A stretch of 64,000 nucleotides of DNA from Geosiphon pyriformis uo1 (taxonomy: Eukaryota > Fungi > Glomeromycota): NCBI GenBank assembly GCA_016748015.1, contig JAAOMT010000706.1, forward strand, positions 441,622 through 505,621. The letters run 5' to 3'. Every line of letters begins with the position of its first letter. Positions within the stretch are counted from its first letter, which is position 1. Shown here piece after piece: positions 52,070 to 64,000 of the stretch. The notes under the pieces were generated by a model. It made no database searches and was not told the DNA's origin. It saw only the letters and a list, made by a program, of their open reading frames with translations. The translations under genes and the position numbers were made by a program.

Positions 52070-53990
52070 TTTTTGTTTGGATCTTTAAATATTGGATTTT
52101 TTTATAATTTTGGGATATATTAATTTAAAATTTTGAGTTTTAGATACATTTTTTGTTGGCATTAGCTGTGCATTTTTATACAATTTCGATGCGAAGACAT
52201 TGGGAAATTTTTTTAGTCATTCACGTATCCTACTTAAATTGATCTTTGCATTTTAACTTTTTCAATCATGATTATTTCAATAGGAAGAACTATTTGTCCC
52301 AAGATTGATTGATTGATTGATTGAGATAACTTTGATCTGATCTGATTTGCTCAAATCAATGGATTCACTTCATCTACTAAATTTTCAAATTTTTAAATTA
52401 AAAGCAGCAGGATTTTTGATCGTTTCGAGTTCTTGGAACAGACCAAGGCTAATATAAAAATAGAAATATACTTTTAAAGGATAATCATTTTTCGGTTTTA
52501 CAAAGTTTTGTGATTTATTGCTAAAATCATGAATTCAGACCAACTTTATCAAATATAAACCTTAAAATTATTGAAGTTTTAATTTTAAATAATTATATAT
52601 TTAAAAATTTTTCTTAAATCTGAAATATTTTATTCCCGCAATTAAAAAAACGGAAATATCATACAAGCTTCATTTCTACTTTACGTATACATATCATTAT
52701 TAAAAAACTAGCCGTTAATAAGATTTTAATAGAAAATTAAACCCATTTAAATAAGACCACATTGTGTCATTGTCTGATTGTATCTACATCTTAGACATGT
52801 CAGAAATTTATGATAAAAGTGATAGATTGAAAAATAATTTATTTATCGAAACATTAATTGTGCCAAGAAGATTTTATAAAAATGAATTTTTATTTTTCCT
52901 CCATATATTTACTAAAAAAAAAAAGGGGGGGGGGTGGGTGGGTTTTAAAGATTTACTCAAGGATTGTGATTGAAAACTAGAAATTGAATTACTATTTTTA
53001 AAAATAATTTTTTAACTAATATTCGTTTTCTTATTAAGCTATTTTTTTATTCTTTTCTTTAGATTTATTTTTCATTGAGTAAAATTTTTGTTGTGTATAA
53101 TCTAAAAAATTGGGTCAGAATTACTGCTTTATTTACCAATTGAATTCGTTCAAAGAAATTGCGAATAATTTTTTTGTTAATAGTGGTATTTATTTAAGAA
53201 TTCTTTTGAATGATAACGTAATTGGCTTTTTCGTCAATTTTGTGTCGAAAATTTTGCCAATATACCGATAAGATCTTGGATACGGAATTTAGATATCAGG
53301 CAGTAATTCACTATTATTTGGTTTGAGTTGATTGATAGACTTTAATTAAAATTTGGGAGAGAAAAAACTAAATTATTGTCCTTCCAAAAATAATTAGTTT
53401 TTCAATATCGAATTTGAGTATATTATTTCTGTAACCGAAGGATTCTAGATTATGTTTATGGTTATAATTTTTATGAAAAACGTATATTAATTACTGGCTT
53501 CTTCCTTCCTTTCCTATCAAAACTTTTGTTGCAAAGAAATTTATCAAGAAATCTCTATAGCATGATGAAATTATACATTTATTGAAATAATTTTTATTCT
53601 CTCAATGAATATCATTTTAAAAAATTATATTGTGACTTGGACAAATTCTCATAAATTCTCACAAATTCAAGATGAAAAATTCTTTATGTTAATTTTTAGT
53701 CAGTACCGAAAAATTTTTTTTTCTAAAATTTGATTGAATTAATAAAATTTATTGTAAACAATAAAAATTTTTATAATAATTTATTTGATGTAAAACTTTA
53801 ATTAAATTAATATTCTGAAAAAAAATTTTTTTTTTTTATTTACACATTTGAAAATTATATACATTTAAAATATAATTATATTTTTTAATGAAAATAATAA
53901 TAATAAAATTGAATGTTTTTTCAATAAAAAACCATTTATTATTATTATTATTATTATTATTATGTAATTATATATTATTAGATTTTAGTT

Positions 53991-54022
<32 letters not shown>

Positions 54023-54972
54023 TTTAAGTATAAAGTGTATTAGTTTAAAATGTTTTAAAAATAAATCTAAAATAAATTTCAACACATATTAATACACTTT
54101 AATAAATAAACAATAAAATTATTAAAAAAACATTATGAAAAAATATTTTTAATAATAGTCAACCAACATTAATAACTAAATTATATTTCAAAACCAAATT
54201 CAATAATTTTAAATTTTATTTTTTTTAATTATAGATGATATTATTATTATTGATTTTTCTTTGAAATGAATTTTCACATTTAAGTTTTTTTTTTAATATT
54301 AATATGCACAAAATTTTTTATCAAAAAAGACAAATTGTTAATTATAAGCTCAATATTATTATTTAAAATATCTATTTTTTGTAATTAAATACTTTTTATA
54401 TCGTAAAGTTTCGAGAATAAGCAACAACCAACCCTTTTAAAAATTTGGTCCTAAAATTGATGAAATTAAGGGGTTTGCTTATTTTCGAGATTTTAAGTTA
54501 AGTTATTTTTTCTAAACGGTGTAAACTACTATTTAGTAATTTGTAAAATATAGGGTATTTAATTTTTCTAGGTCAACTTTCACTTAAATGTACATATTGT
54601 GTGGTGAAAAGTTTTTTACAATTAAATTATAAAAGTTTTTTAAAATTAAATTATAATTCCTTGCAAAGAATTTGACCAAATAACAACCTTTAATAAATAA
54701 AATTCTAAAGTTTTATTTTAAGATATTGACCTAATCTAAAACTCGTTTATTAATAATTCAATATCTGGAAATTGATAAATAGCTTTTTTAACAAAATACT
54801 TTGCCCTTTATCATTGAAAAAGAGAAGCATGAATCAAGAAAACTGATTATATTGTATATATTTAATGCGTAACTAGGATCTAAAACTTCAATTTATCACA
54901 GCATTATTTTTAAGAATTATAAAAAGCATAACTTTGCTCTTCAATTTAATTCCGAAAAGTAAACAAACCACA

Positions 54973-55363
54973 ATGCCATTGATAAACAGCAAAAAAAATT
55001 TGATCTTTATAATCATTTTAAGTTTTATTGCAATTATAATTCGGGGCTATTACTCCAAAAACACCACCAAACCGTCCAGTCGGTGCTGGTAACGGCATTG
55101 TGCCGGTAATCAAACAGCCCAACAACCAGTTACAGCTGAGCCAAATCAGCCGCTATCTAACTTTACTCCCCAGTCAGGAATCACCGCAGTCGATGATCAT
55201 CATGTTAAAAATAAGTCTCAAACAAATAATACACACGCAAACAAAACCACAACTGTGGCTCCAAGTCCTGATAGCGCTCGAAATCAAACTTGAATATCTC
55301 TCAATGTCTATAATTTGGAGCTTAATTTTTGGCTTGGCCTTGAAAATAATTGAATTTTCTTAG
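54973..55363 (+). pseudogene. Possible frameshifted secreted/GPI-type protein gene
   Basis: The ATG-54973 frame gives signal-like LIFIIILSFIAIII, stops at 55090, then continues AGNQTAQQPVTAEPNQPLSNFT...NKS..NNT..NKTTTVAPS. A second frame holds ITPKTPPNRPVGAG and the hydrophobic tail SIIWSLIFGLALKIIEFS*. Confidence 0.45.
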
Positions 55364-55379
55364 GTCGTGCAAGCCTTTC

Positions 55380-55380
<1 letters not shown>

Positions 55381-55431
<51 letters not shown>
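55381..55431. repeat. (AAT)n microsatellite
   Basis: Read directly. Other simple repeats at 7722-7752 (TTCA), 9813-9871 (CATATA/CA), 14706-14766 (AAT/TAT), 46190-46240 (TTA) and 49243-49268 (TTGG). Confidence 0.95.
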
Positions 55432-55921
55432 TGGTTTTAGGTTAACAACCAGCCCGATTTATGACGACAAAGCTAGTTTACTTTAGCGAAAAAATGTATC
55501 TTGGAATCATGTAGCCTTTCAAAAATTTGTTATGATTCAAGATCTAAAATAAATTTATTAATCAATCATCCAAAGGTAAGAGCTTTTAATTAGAACTCGA
55601 TAAAACTTTTTTTGTGCAATGGATGAAAAGCGAAGCCTTTATTTAAAAAGGAATTTTTGTTATCTAAATATTAGATACTATTTTCTTGATTCTAATAGAA
55701 ATGAAAATCAGGATAAAATATTTCTCATTTTATTATAGATATCCCTAATAAGTTTTGATTAGTAAATCTGTACAATTGCCAAGCTAGTTATGTTTAACCT
55801 AAAAGCAAAATTATCAAAGGGGGGGGGGGGGAAGAGACAGATTATTAAAAAATTTTACTTTATTGCGGCAATAAAATGGGCAAAACTTTATTTTAACTAT
55901 CTGGCTTATGACTATAAAATG

Positions 55922-56245
55922 ACAATACTTCGTATGACCTCTTTGAGCTTGAATTTGCCGGGTTATTGATTTTATTAAATCACGATAATATGAGTGATTT
56001 ACCGCAATCCATTCCTCTTTAAACATTTGCACTAATTTCTAAATACTGGATGGTTGAGATATTATGGTTGAATGAGAATGGTCAACAACTTTTGCAATCT
56101 ATATTTTTGTGTTCGAGTATTTTTGCGACCATATTTCTTCCTTTTTCTGTATGAGTAAGATCTTTTGCATGACTCATGATTACGATAAAATCAGAAAATT
56201 ACATTTTTTAAAAGTTTGTATTTTAATACCTTGAACATTACTGTA
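55922..56245 (-). mobile_element. Internally deleted Tc1/mariner transposon relic
   Basis: N-terminal MSHAKDLTHTEKGR...IAKVVDHSHST (paired-like HTH start, ATG 56177) is joined to the C-terminal QMFKEEWIAV..YYRDLIKSITRQIQAQRGHTKY. TA-CAGT at 56245-56240 resembles a Tc1 terminus. Confidence 0.7.
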
Positions 56246-57278
56246 CATGAATGAATTTATTAAAGGGTTTTTATTTTGATTAATTTTTTTGTTAAAAAGA
56301 CTGAAAAGTCAACCACAATTAATGCAGACAATTTTAAAAACTCATAATAGATTCTATTTCTCACTGAAACAAACCCAGAGTTTAGAGACATTACTTGATA
56401 TTTTTTAAATATTAATATTAAAAAAAAATTTTACATCATGATGCAATAATGCCACATAATGACATTCCCATTGGCCATAGAGTCTTGCTGCATAATGTAA
56501 AAACATAGCACACCCTTAAAGAATTGATTTTCTCAATACCTAGTTGGCATCAATCATAAAATTAAATGTTTAACTTGAAAAAAAAATTCATTCTCATAAA
56601 CTGGGTATATAAGCCTATATAATGTTTGAATTCCGAAAAGCGTTTTTAACCAAAGTATCTAAAATTTTATTCATAGCTTGGTCATTTTGCTAAGCTAAGC
56701 TTATATTTTTTTAAGAAAGATTTTGGCCATTTTTTTTAATTGAAATGTAAAAATTGCGTTCGAGGTAATCTTTAAATCGAAAATATTTTCATGAAAAAAA
56801 AATTGATGTAGAAACTAGTTATTTGCTCCACGGATTATAATAAATGAGATATTTTTAAAAACAAATTTTTTATTTTAGAAATTTTGAATTTTAAAATCTT
56901 TTAAACCTAAATTTTTCCAAGAAAATTTATAATAGAAAATGAAATTTATATTGATTAAAGCTTTTCACTATTTTCACTGGAAATAAACATAAAAATATTT
57001 TTCTCTTAATTTTACAACTTAATATCTAAGAATAAATTGAAATTTCATAAATGAACTTAATTTTTTGAGCTAACTTGTCATTTTTTAACCAATTAAGAGG
57101 ATAATTTTTGCACGGATATACTTAATGCAAGCATAATTTTAGAAAAGCATCATATCTAAATTGACAAATTTTCTAACGTGAAATTTTGAAATTTTAACCT
57201 AAATTCTGAAATATTTTCATTCATTAAAAAAATTTGAAAATGTACCTAATCTTGGAGAATATATTTTTCATTCTGTGA

Positions 57279-57757
57279 TTATGGAAGTTTTGATTCTTGC
57301 TCAAAAGCAAAGTTATCAGGGATCACCAATGAACCTTGGCGAGAGTCTATAGAGATAAAACAAAGTATTACAGTTTTAACTGAGAAATCAAGATATTAGA
57401 GGCGAATCAAAGAAAACGTACCAGTGCAATCAAGATGTTTCCTTCTGAGGGATTTTTTGATCTCAATAGGGTAAGTGTTTTCAACAGATCGAGATTTGAA
57501 GGTAGATAAATTTGGGTTAGCGTCATCATTGTTCTTTTCTTTTTTTGTGAATGTCTCTACGTATTCTGTTCCCTTATCCTCAACACTAGTTTCTACATCT
57601 TAAATTTAACCATTCAGTTTTATTTATAATTTTATTACTTTTTTTCGATTTAGAAAATTAGTTCATTACCTTCTTCATTAAATTCATTTGCCTTTAGTTT
57701 CTCAGCCTCAGGTTCGTGGGTAATAATATCAGCAAATATGAAATCTTTTGTAGACAT
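57279..57757 (-). CDS. Small acidic protein, 110 aa, with a CTDSRQGSLVIPDNF motif; exons 57757-57670, 57598-57422, 57346-57279
   Basis: Not in the ORF track. Introns GTAATG...TTTAAG (71 nt) and GTACGT...CTATAG (75 nt), both phase 1, give MSTKDFIFADIITHEPE...KKSLRRKHLDCTDSRQGSLVIPDNFAFEQESKLP*. Confidence 0.75.
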
Positions 57758-60314
57758 TTTTTAAATTTCTACCTAATTTAGAAATAAATTAACTTATTAT
57801 TGCAATAACTTGAAAGAAGGAATAAGGATAAAGCGTTGTTATATAGCAAATAAGGATGGCCATAATTTAGTTACACGTTAAAATTAATGGCCTTTTTGCA
57901 CTTTATATTTTTGATGATGATGATGATGATGATGATGTGACCAATATTTCTTTTTCAAATTACTTTTTTAATTCGAACCAATTATTGGTTATCATCCGGA
58001 CACCGGAGTTCAAAATTAATGCTTATTAGTATCACCAGGATAGTGATCATCGTTAGATGGTGTCTACTTTGATGAAGATTTAATTTCCACAAAAGAATAT
58101 TTTTTGCCTAAATACATCAATCGAAAATATTAAAGAGAAGTTTTTCCATTTAAATTTTAGTGAGACCGGTGAGATGAAGGGGAGAAGGTTGATAGAAAGG
58201 GAGGGGAGAGGGGAGAGGGGAGAGGGGAGGGGGGAGTTTGATGGTTTTTTCATGACAATGTGGAAAAATTTAATAACTTTCAATAGAAACTTAAAAAGTT
58301 GTTCTATGATGTTTCTTTTCCTTCAATATTCTCGAGAATCTATAAAGACTTTTAGAAAATTTTGAAACCAAAGTTTATGAAATAAATATTTATAAACGTA
58401 TAAACTTGATTTCGGTAATAAGTGTCCAAAAAAAAGGCTAGAAACCTTATTAAAGAATTATGGTGTTCACATTTGACCTTTAACAATAAATCGATATAAA
58501 TTCTATTGAACTTACTGGAATACCAAAAAAAAAAATTTTTTTTTCTATAATAGGTTCTAAAAATTTCTTTAAGCTTTATCTCAATTCTGATTAGAATTTT
58601 AACTACCTAATATTTAAACAAAGGGGCGTATCTAAATTTCGTAAAAATATTGACCAAAAAAAAACAAAATTTAAAAATTCAGAAAATAACTAGTATTAGT
58701 AATTATTTAAATTAAATATAATTAATTTATTACAATAATATCAATTCAAAATAAAATATTTTAAGAAATATATATAGTGAAGGGTGAGAAAAATTGAAAA
58801 AGACTCAAAATTTTGTATCGAATTTTTCGGTCCCAAAGCTTATCAAAGCTTACCAATTCGATAATTTTAAATCCGAATTTCTCTAAAAATGAACGGTAGA
58901 AGGTTCATGACCTTTCCCCGATATCACAAAAATACATGTGCGACAAATATTTATTCCTATCGTAATTATTTTACATAGTTCCTATCAAGAATAATTTCAA
59001 ATAATATTTTTATGCATTTTTTTCATCATTATTTAGGATTCCCTCAAGAGATGCAAAATAAATATTTGAACATACAGTTAAGTAATTTTAAAATAGTTTT
59101 GATATTTTTAGTAAAAAATGACGAATATATAATTCTGTAACAATTTCAATACCGGTCGAAACTCGTTTTTCTAATAATATTTTAATCAAAAAAGTGACTA
59201 TTTAAATATTCTAAATATTACATATTGCATATAAAAATTTAAAATATTATAAGTCCAAACTATACAATATTGATCACAAAAATCACACAGAAACACATCA
59301 CAAGCAGTGTGAAGCCAACGAATTCGAGTTGATCAGGGGCTGAATTTTTCGCTTGCCCCGTTTTTAATAATTTGATGCCCTTTGATGTTACTAAAGTCAA
59401 ATCTTGTAAAGGTTAGCTCGCGTTGGAATTCTGAAAAATTTTCCGTGATACTAGTTCGAAGAGGCCAGTTATTTAACTTTGAAATTTTTGAGTTCATTGT
59501 TGTATTTAAAATAATTACTGAGAAAGTCAAATTTTTCTCTTGAATACCCATTTGGTTTGGAGCTTTGGATGAGCTAAATTTTATACCTTGTAGTAGCCCT
59601 TTGATCCAAAAGAAGTCCAAATAACAAAAATGAAATTTGGAAAAAGGGTTTCCAAAGTTCCCAATTTTATTGATTTTAGCTTTTGGAAGTCGCGAGATTT
59701 TTCAATTTTCACTTTCTGATATACAAGTTTAACGATAATTCTGTAATTTTTCTTAAATTTTCTCTTAAAATATTTAAAGAAAATTGTTAAAAAGGGGCAT
59801 CAAAAGCTTTTGAAAATTGTATCGATTTTGAATTGATGCTCATTTATTTCATATGAATACGAATAAGAGTATATTTAAGATTACAAATCATTTAATTAAC
59901 ATTAAATTTTTAAACTTTTTTTGTCCATTTATACACATTTCATTTTATTATCGAAAATTTATTGTTGTCTTGAAAGTTTTGAAAAGTCTGACTTAAAACT
60001 GTCTAGATTTTTTATCCCATTTTTTTTTTATTCATTTTTCTATTCTTAATCTAAGTGATATTCCCGAATCATTCTACGAAAAAAAAAAAACTAGGTTACA
60101 AGAAGAAGTGCCAATATCATGATCTGTGATACACACATTAATAATATATTATTATTAGCCTATTTTTGAACTGTCGTGACATAGATTTTTTATCAGTAAT
60201 TAGGAAAGTTAGTCAGCCAATAATATTGCTATCACTATGTTTATATATATACTTTGAATCGATGAATATCATTTTTATCTCTCTTGTTATCGTATTCTTG
60301 TCCTATAACACAAA

Positions 60315-60763
60315 ATGCCAAAACGTCTTATATTCCATCCAACTGGGGCGAGAGAACAGGTGAACCTCGGAAGGGATTATTTGTTCACTTTTCAACAGCC
60401 TGACCATCATTCTGCTTTTTATTGGTTTGAACGGTAAATTGTTATTGTGAAAAATTGAAACTATCCAAAAATATTCTTAGAAAGAGAATCGGTTGGATAT
60501 ATATATTTTGAAATCAAAATATTGATTGATAACATAACTGGTTTCACCCGGTTTCTTTTAGGGCCGCACAGCAAAACGAATCAATCGGCCATTACTGGAT
60601 GGGTCGTGTGCACCAATGTGGCTACGGAACCATGAAAGATCCACATCAAGCATTGAAGTGGTATCTTCATGTTTGGCAAAAGGGCCCTTCAGTGTCACAG
60701 TTTTTTGTAAGACAGCTATTAAAAGATTTTTTCCAATTAAATGAGATAATTAATCAATGTTAA
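60315..60763 (+). CDS. Small Sel1-like repeat protein, 106 aa; exons 60315-60433 and 60562-60763
   Basis: Not in the ORF track. CG|GTAAAT...TTTTAG|G gives EQVNLGRDYLF...SAFYWFERAAQQNESIGHYWMGRVHQCGYGTMKDPHQALKWY, i.e. two Sel1-like repeats. Confidence 0.82.
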
Positions 60764-61254
60764 GAATATCATCAAAGGTAAAATATTGGAATAATTATTT
60801 TTTGATTATTATTAAGAATGTATCATATATTATTAAAAAAATAAATAAATAAATAAATAAATATTTTCTCAAAATTAATCACTTTACCAATAGAAATGAA
60901 TCAACACCCGAACTATAACATAACAAAAGGAAATTAACTGGAAACATAAAATACCAAAATTATCTTAAAATTGCCAATTAAATAATTTGAGCTTTTCAAA
61001 ATAAATAATGTTTGTTATCTCATTTCATCAAATTCTTATTTTTGAGTTGCAGTTGTTGTATTTAAAAGACAAAATATTAATCTCCATAATCTAATATGGG
61101 ATAAGTTTAAAACGAAAAACTTAATTTGTCTTTTGGAATAATCAAAGGGTCTTTTATAGCACCAATCATAGCAAATAATAAATATTATTATGCTCTGAGA
61201 ACTCCAAGACTCTTTAAAATAAACTCTAGGATTCAATTCTAACTAATTTAAAGT

Positions 61255-61660
61255 ACTTGTACGCTTTGAGTCTTTATCTTGTTGAAAGCGTCATTCCTTC
61301 CATTAATTTCTCCCAACATACTGTTGCAAAAATCTCAATGTATAATAGCTTCCTCCTTCATACAAAAGACTACCCCCACGCAAATTTTTAATTCTGTTTG
61401 AAAAATAGTTGAAATACTGTTTCTTTAGAAATAAAGTTTATTTTTCTAGTTATTGTTAAGATAAAATTTAGTTTTTTAACATGTTTCTTTCTGCTTTTGA
61501 ACTTTTGTTAGTATCAGCGTAATAAGTCGTAGGTTTTTTGTATATCCAAGTGATTTTAAATATCTGCCAATCGTGTCTGCTCACTCTATTCTAGTTTTAT
61601 AGCAATTTTTCGCAGAATTTATTAACATACTTTTCTCGATACATGTGTCATAATATTCTT
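61255..61660 (-). mobile_element. Degenerate Tc1/mariner (DDE) transposase fragment
   Basis: Frameshifted pieces DTIGRYLKSLGYTKNLRLITLILTKVQKQK, SKETVFQLF, FAWG and *RFQQDKDSKRTS (compare the Tc1 motif WxFQQDNDPKHTS). Confidence 0.78.
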
Positions 61661-62240
61661 GCGACGACTATTATCCCAAAAAACAATTTAAAGACAGCAA
61701 ATATTTGTCAATACTATTAAAAAATTTTTATTAATAGCAGAAATTTATCCCAATTTGATTTCAAAAAAAATTAAAATTCTAAACAGTTATTATCTTTTCA
61801 AAATTAATTAATTGCTTGCGATCCTTCAATTATAAAAAAAATAGCAAGATAAATTTTGATTTATCATGCAATAGAAATATATTATGGTACTTTCAAAAAA
61901 ATTTGGCAAAATAGTATTCTTTAAAAGAGGTGATGTACATAATAGCAGATAAATGAGGCAGCCTTTACAAAAAGATCGAATTAAAAATGTAAAGACGATT
62001 CGAACCGATAAAATTTATTTTAATAAAAAATTTGTTGTTTTGGCTTTTCTGATAATATAATTTCGTGGAACTGTTAATGATGATTTTTAAAATTTAAAAT
62101 TCACCAAAAACTTTAATATATAATGACTTGCCATCTTGAAATAAAAATTTATCAACAAGAATGCTTCAAATTTATAATCTGACCATTAAAGAAAATATTT
62201 CAGTTAAAATTCAAATATCAACAGTATTGAATTTATAATT

Positions 62241-62712
62241 TTTTTTTTAAAATATAAAGTAATTTATGGGAAACAAATGTTTTATTTTTTAAATATAAAG
62301 TAATTTATGAGAAACAAAAGTTTTATTTTTTAAAATATAAAGTAATTTATGAGAAACAAAATTTCTATTTTTTAAAATATAAAGTAATTTATGAGAAACA
62401 AATGTTTTATTTTTAAAAATGTAAAGTAATTTATGAGAAACAAAATTTCTATTTTTTAAAATATAAAGTAATTTATGGGAAACAAAATTTCTATTTTTTA
62501 AAATATAAAGTAATTTATGAGAAACAAAAGTTTTATTTTTTAAAATATAAAGTAATTTATGAGAAACAAAATTTCTATTTTTTAAAATATAAAGTAATTT
62601 ATGAGAAACAAAAGTTTTATTTTTAAAAATATAAAGTAATTTATGAGAAACAAAAGTTTTATTTTTTAAAATATAAAGTAATTTATGAGAAACAAAATTT
62701 CTATTTTTAAAA
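62241..62712. repeat. 42-bp minisatellite, 11 copies (AAAATATAAAGTAATTTATGAGAAACAAAAGTTTTATTTTTT)
   Basis: GTAATTTATG recurs at 62259, 62300, 62342 ... 62678 with period 42 and no unique spacers. Confidence 0.95.
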
Positions 62713-63311
62713 TAATTATCTTAATATAAAATGAAAATAAAAAATCATCATTATTTTGATATATTCTTATTTTTAAATTTTATTAAAACTTTTAAAAATA
62801 AGCCCTACCTCATTATTTTGATAATTTAATAATTATCAGATAAATATGGAATTTTTATCTTGATAAATTTTTTCTGCTTTTAAATTTTTTCAAAATTAAT
62901 TTATCATAATTTTAATAAACCATAGTTACAATTAGGAATAAAAATATAACTAAAATCCAATACTCAATAACAGGGGTATTAAACAAATAAACTAAAAAAA
63001 TTATCTCAAGCTTTAATTCGCAAACCGGATGGTTAATATTAGCAAAACAGCTTTCCAAAAAACATATTAATTATGGTTCAGAAAATTCATTGATCAAACC
63101 ATTGATTTATTTTAAAAAAGTTAAATTAGAGTAAGCGCTTTTTATCAAATAAGTGCGCACCAACTTTCATAAATATGATCTAACTCTTGATTATTTCACT
63201 TGAAAAAATTTATTTATTATAGTGTTTGCTATATATATAACCATTTTCAATTTGTCCTATTATTAAAGATATTTAATATCACAAAGACTTTTCCTCGAGT
63301 AAAAGTTTATA

Positions 63312-64000
63312 ATGGTAGGTTGCTGAATTTGAATGTTGTGAATTGAAATTACTGCTGAATTCATTGGCTTTTCTCAATTTTCCTAAACTTTAGCCCATAT
63401 ATCCAAATTCGAATGAAGAGCACTCGTCAAATAGCCGTAAAGAGGGTAAATTTTAGTCTTCTGTGAATATATTCAAATTTGAAATTTAAAACTCACTTGA
63501 AAAATTTCAAACACGGATTTGAAGAAATTTTTGACGACGAGTTTAATGATGATTTTAGCGATGATAAGGAAACCTCTCTTACTTTCATGGAATTTTCTAA
63601 TCTAACTTTTGGGACAAAGCCTTTGAAATTTGACCCCACTGATTTCGTTTGCGAAGAATTGGATATTGCAAATTTTGTTCAACTTGTTACACCAATGCTT
63701 GAAACTGGTGAACAGGGAATTCTACGCAACCTTTTCCCACACTTAATTGACCTTCTTAACCGAACAGTCACTTTTGAGAAGATCCCTACCTGTATCCAAG
63801 AAATTCTCAAAATTAATTCGAACCCAACCCTTAAAAAATTAGAAACCTGTAAAGGTCGTGATTATCTCGTGGTGTTTCTTGATCATATTCCTGATCAGTC
63901 TTTGCCAAAAATGCTCGGTACACTTGTATCTTCCAATATACCTGTCCCTCTCCTTTTGACAAAGGAATATCAGTGCTATGAGAAAGGTCTCAGAGTACTA
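63312..64000 (+). CDS. Second VLIG/GVIN1-like GTPase gene, 5' part, truncated by the window end; exons 63312-63314, 63394-63445, 63525->64000
   Basis: Same ATG-only exon and 52-nt second exon as 36854. The open frame SLTFMEFSNLTFGTKPLKFD...MLETGEQGILRNLFPHLIDLL...KGLRVL is roughly 80-85% identical to copy 1. Confidence 0.9.

Noticed and set aside
59333-59620. 95-aa minus-strand ORF
   Set aside because: Non-ATG start, no motif or paralog; cannot be supported.
62241-62712. CRISPR-like array
   Set aside because: The units are contiguous with no unique spacers, there are no cas genes, and the context is eukaryotic.

Overview
AT-rich, intron-containing eukaryotic DNA with one assembly gap (10415-11106). 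The gene content points to a Glomeromycotina / arbuscular-mycorrhizal-lineage fungus, which is an inference and not a database match. That content includes BTB-SPRY, F-box, minimal Sel1 proteins, VLIG/GVIN-type giant GTPases, Tc1 relics and short GT-AG introns. I reconstructed about 15 genes by hand, several of them absent from or fragmented in the ORF track because they are spliced. Main observations: (1) four paralog pairs occur twice in the same order and orientation: 78-aa microprotein(+), CTDSRQxSLVxPDxF-motif protein(-), mini-Sel1 protein(+), very large GTPase(+). (2) A ~3.6-4 kb inverted repeat (13-3627 vs 31101-35087) has a near-identical core and transition-eroded arms. (3) A retroelement gag/ORF1 relic has all four CCHC zinc-knuckle ligand positions reading TAT (Tyr) and TAA stops where Trp/Gln are expected, suggesting RIP-like C>T/G>A hypermutation. 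(4) A convergent pair of paralogous HTH-like genes brackets a putatively myristoylated Sel1 gene. No rRNA, tRNA or CRISPR array was found.
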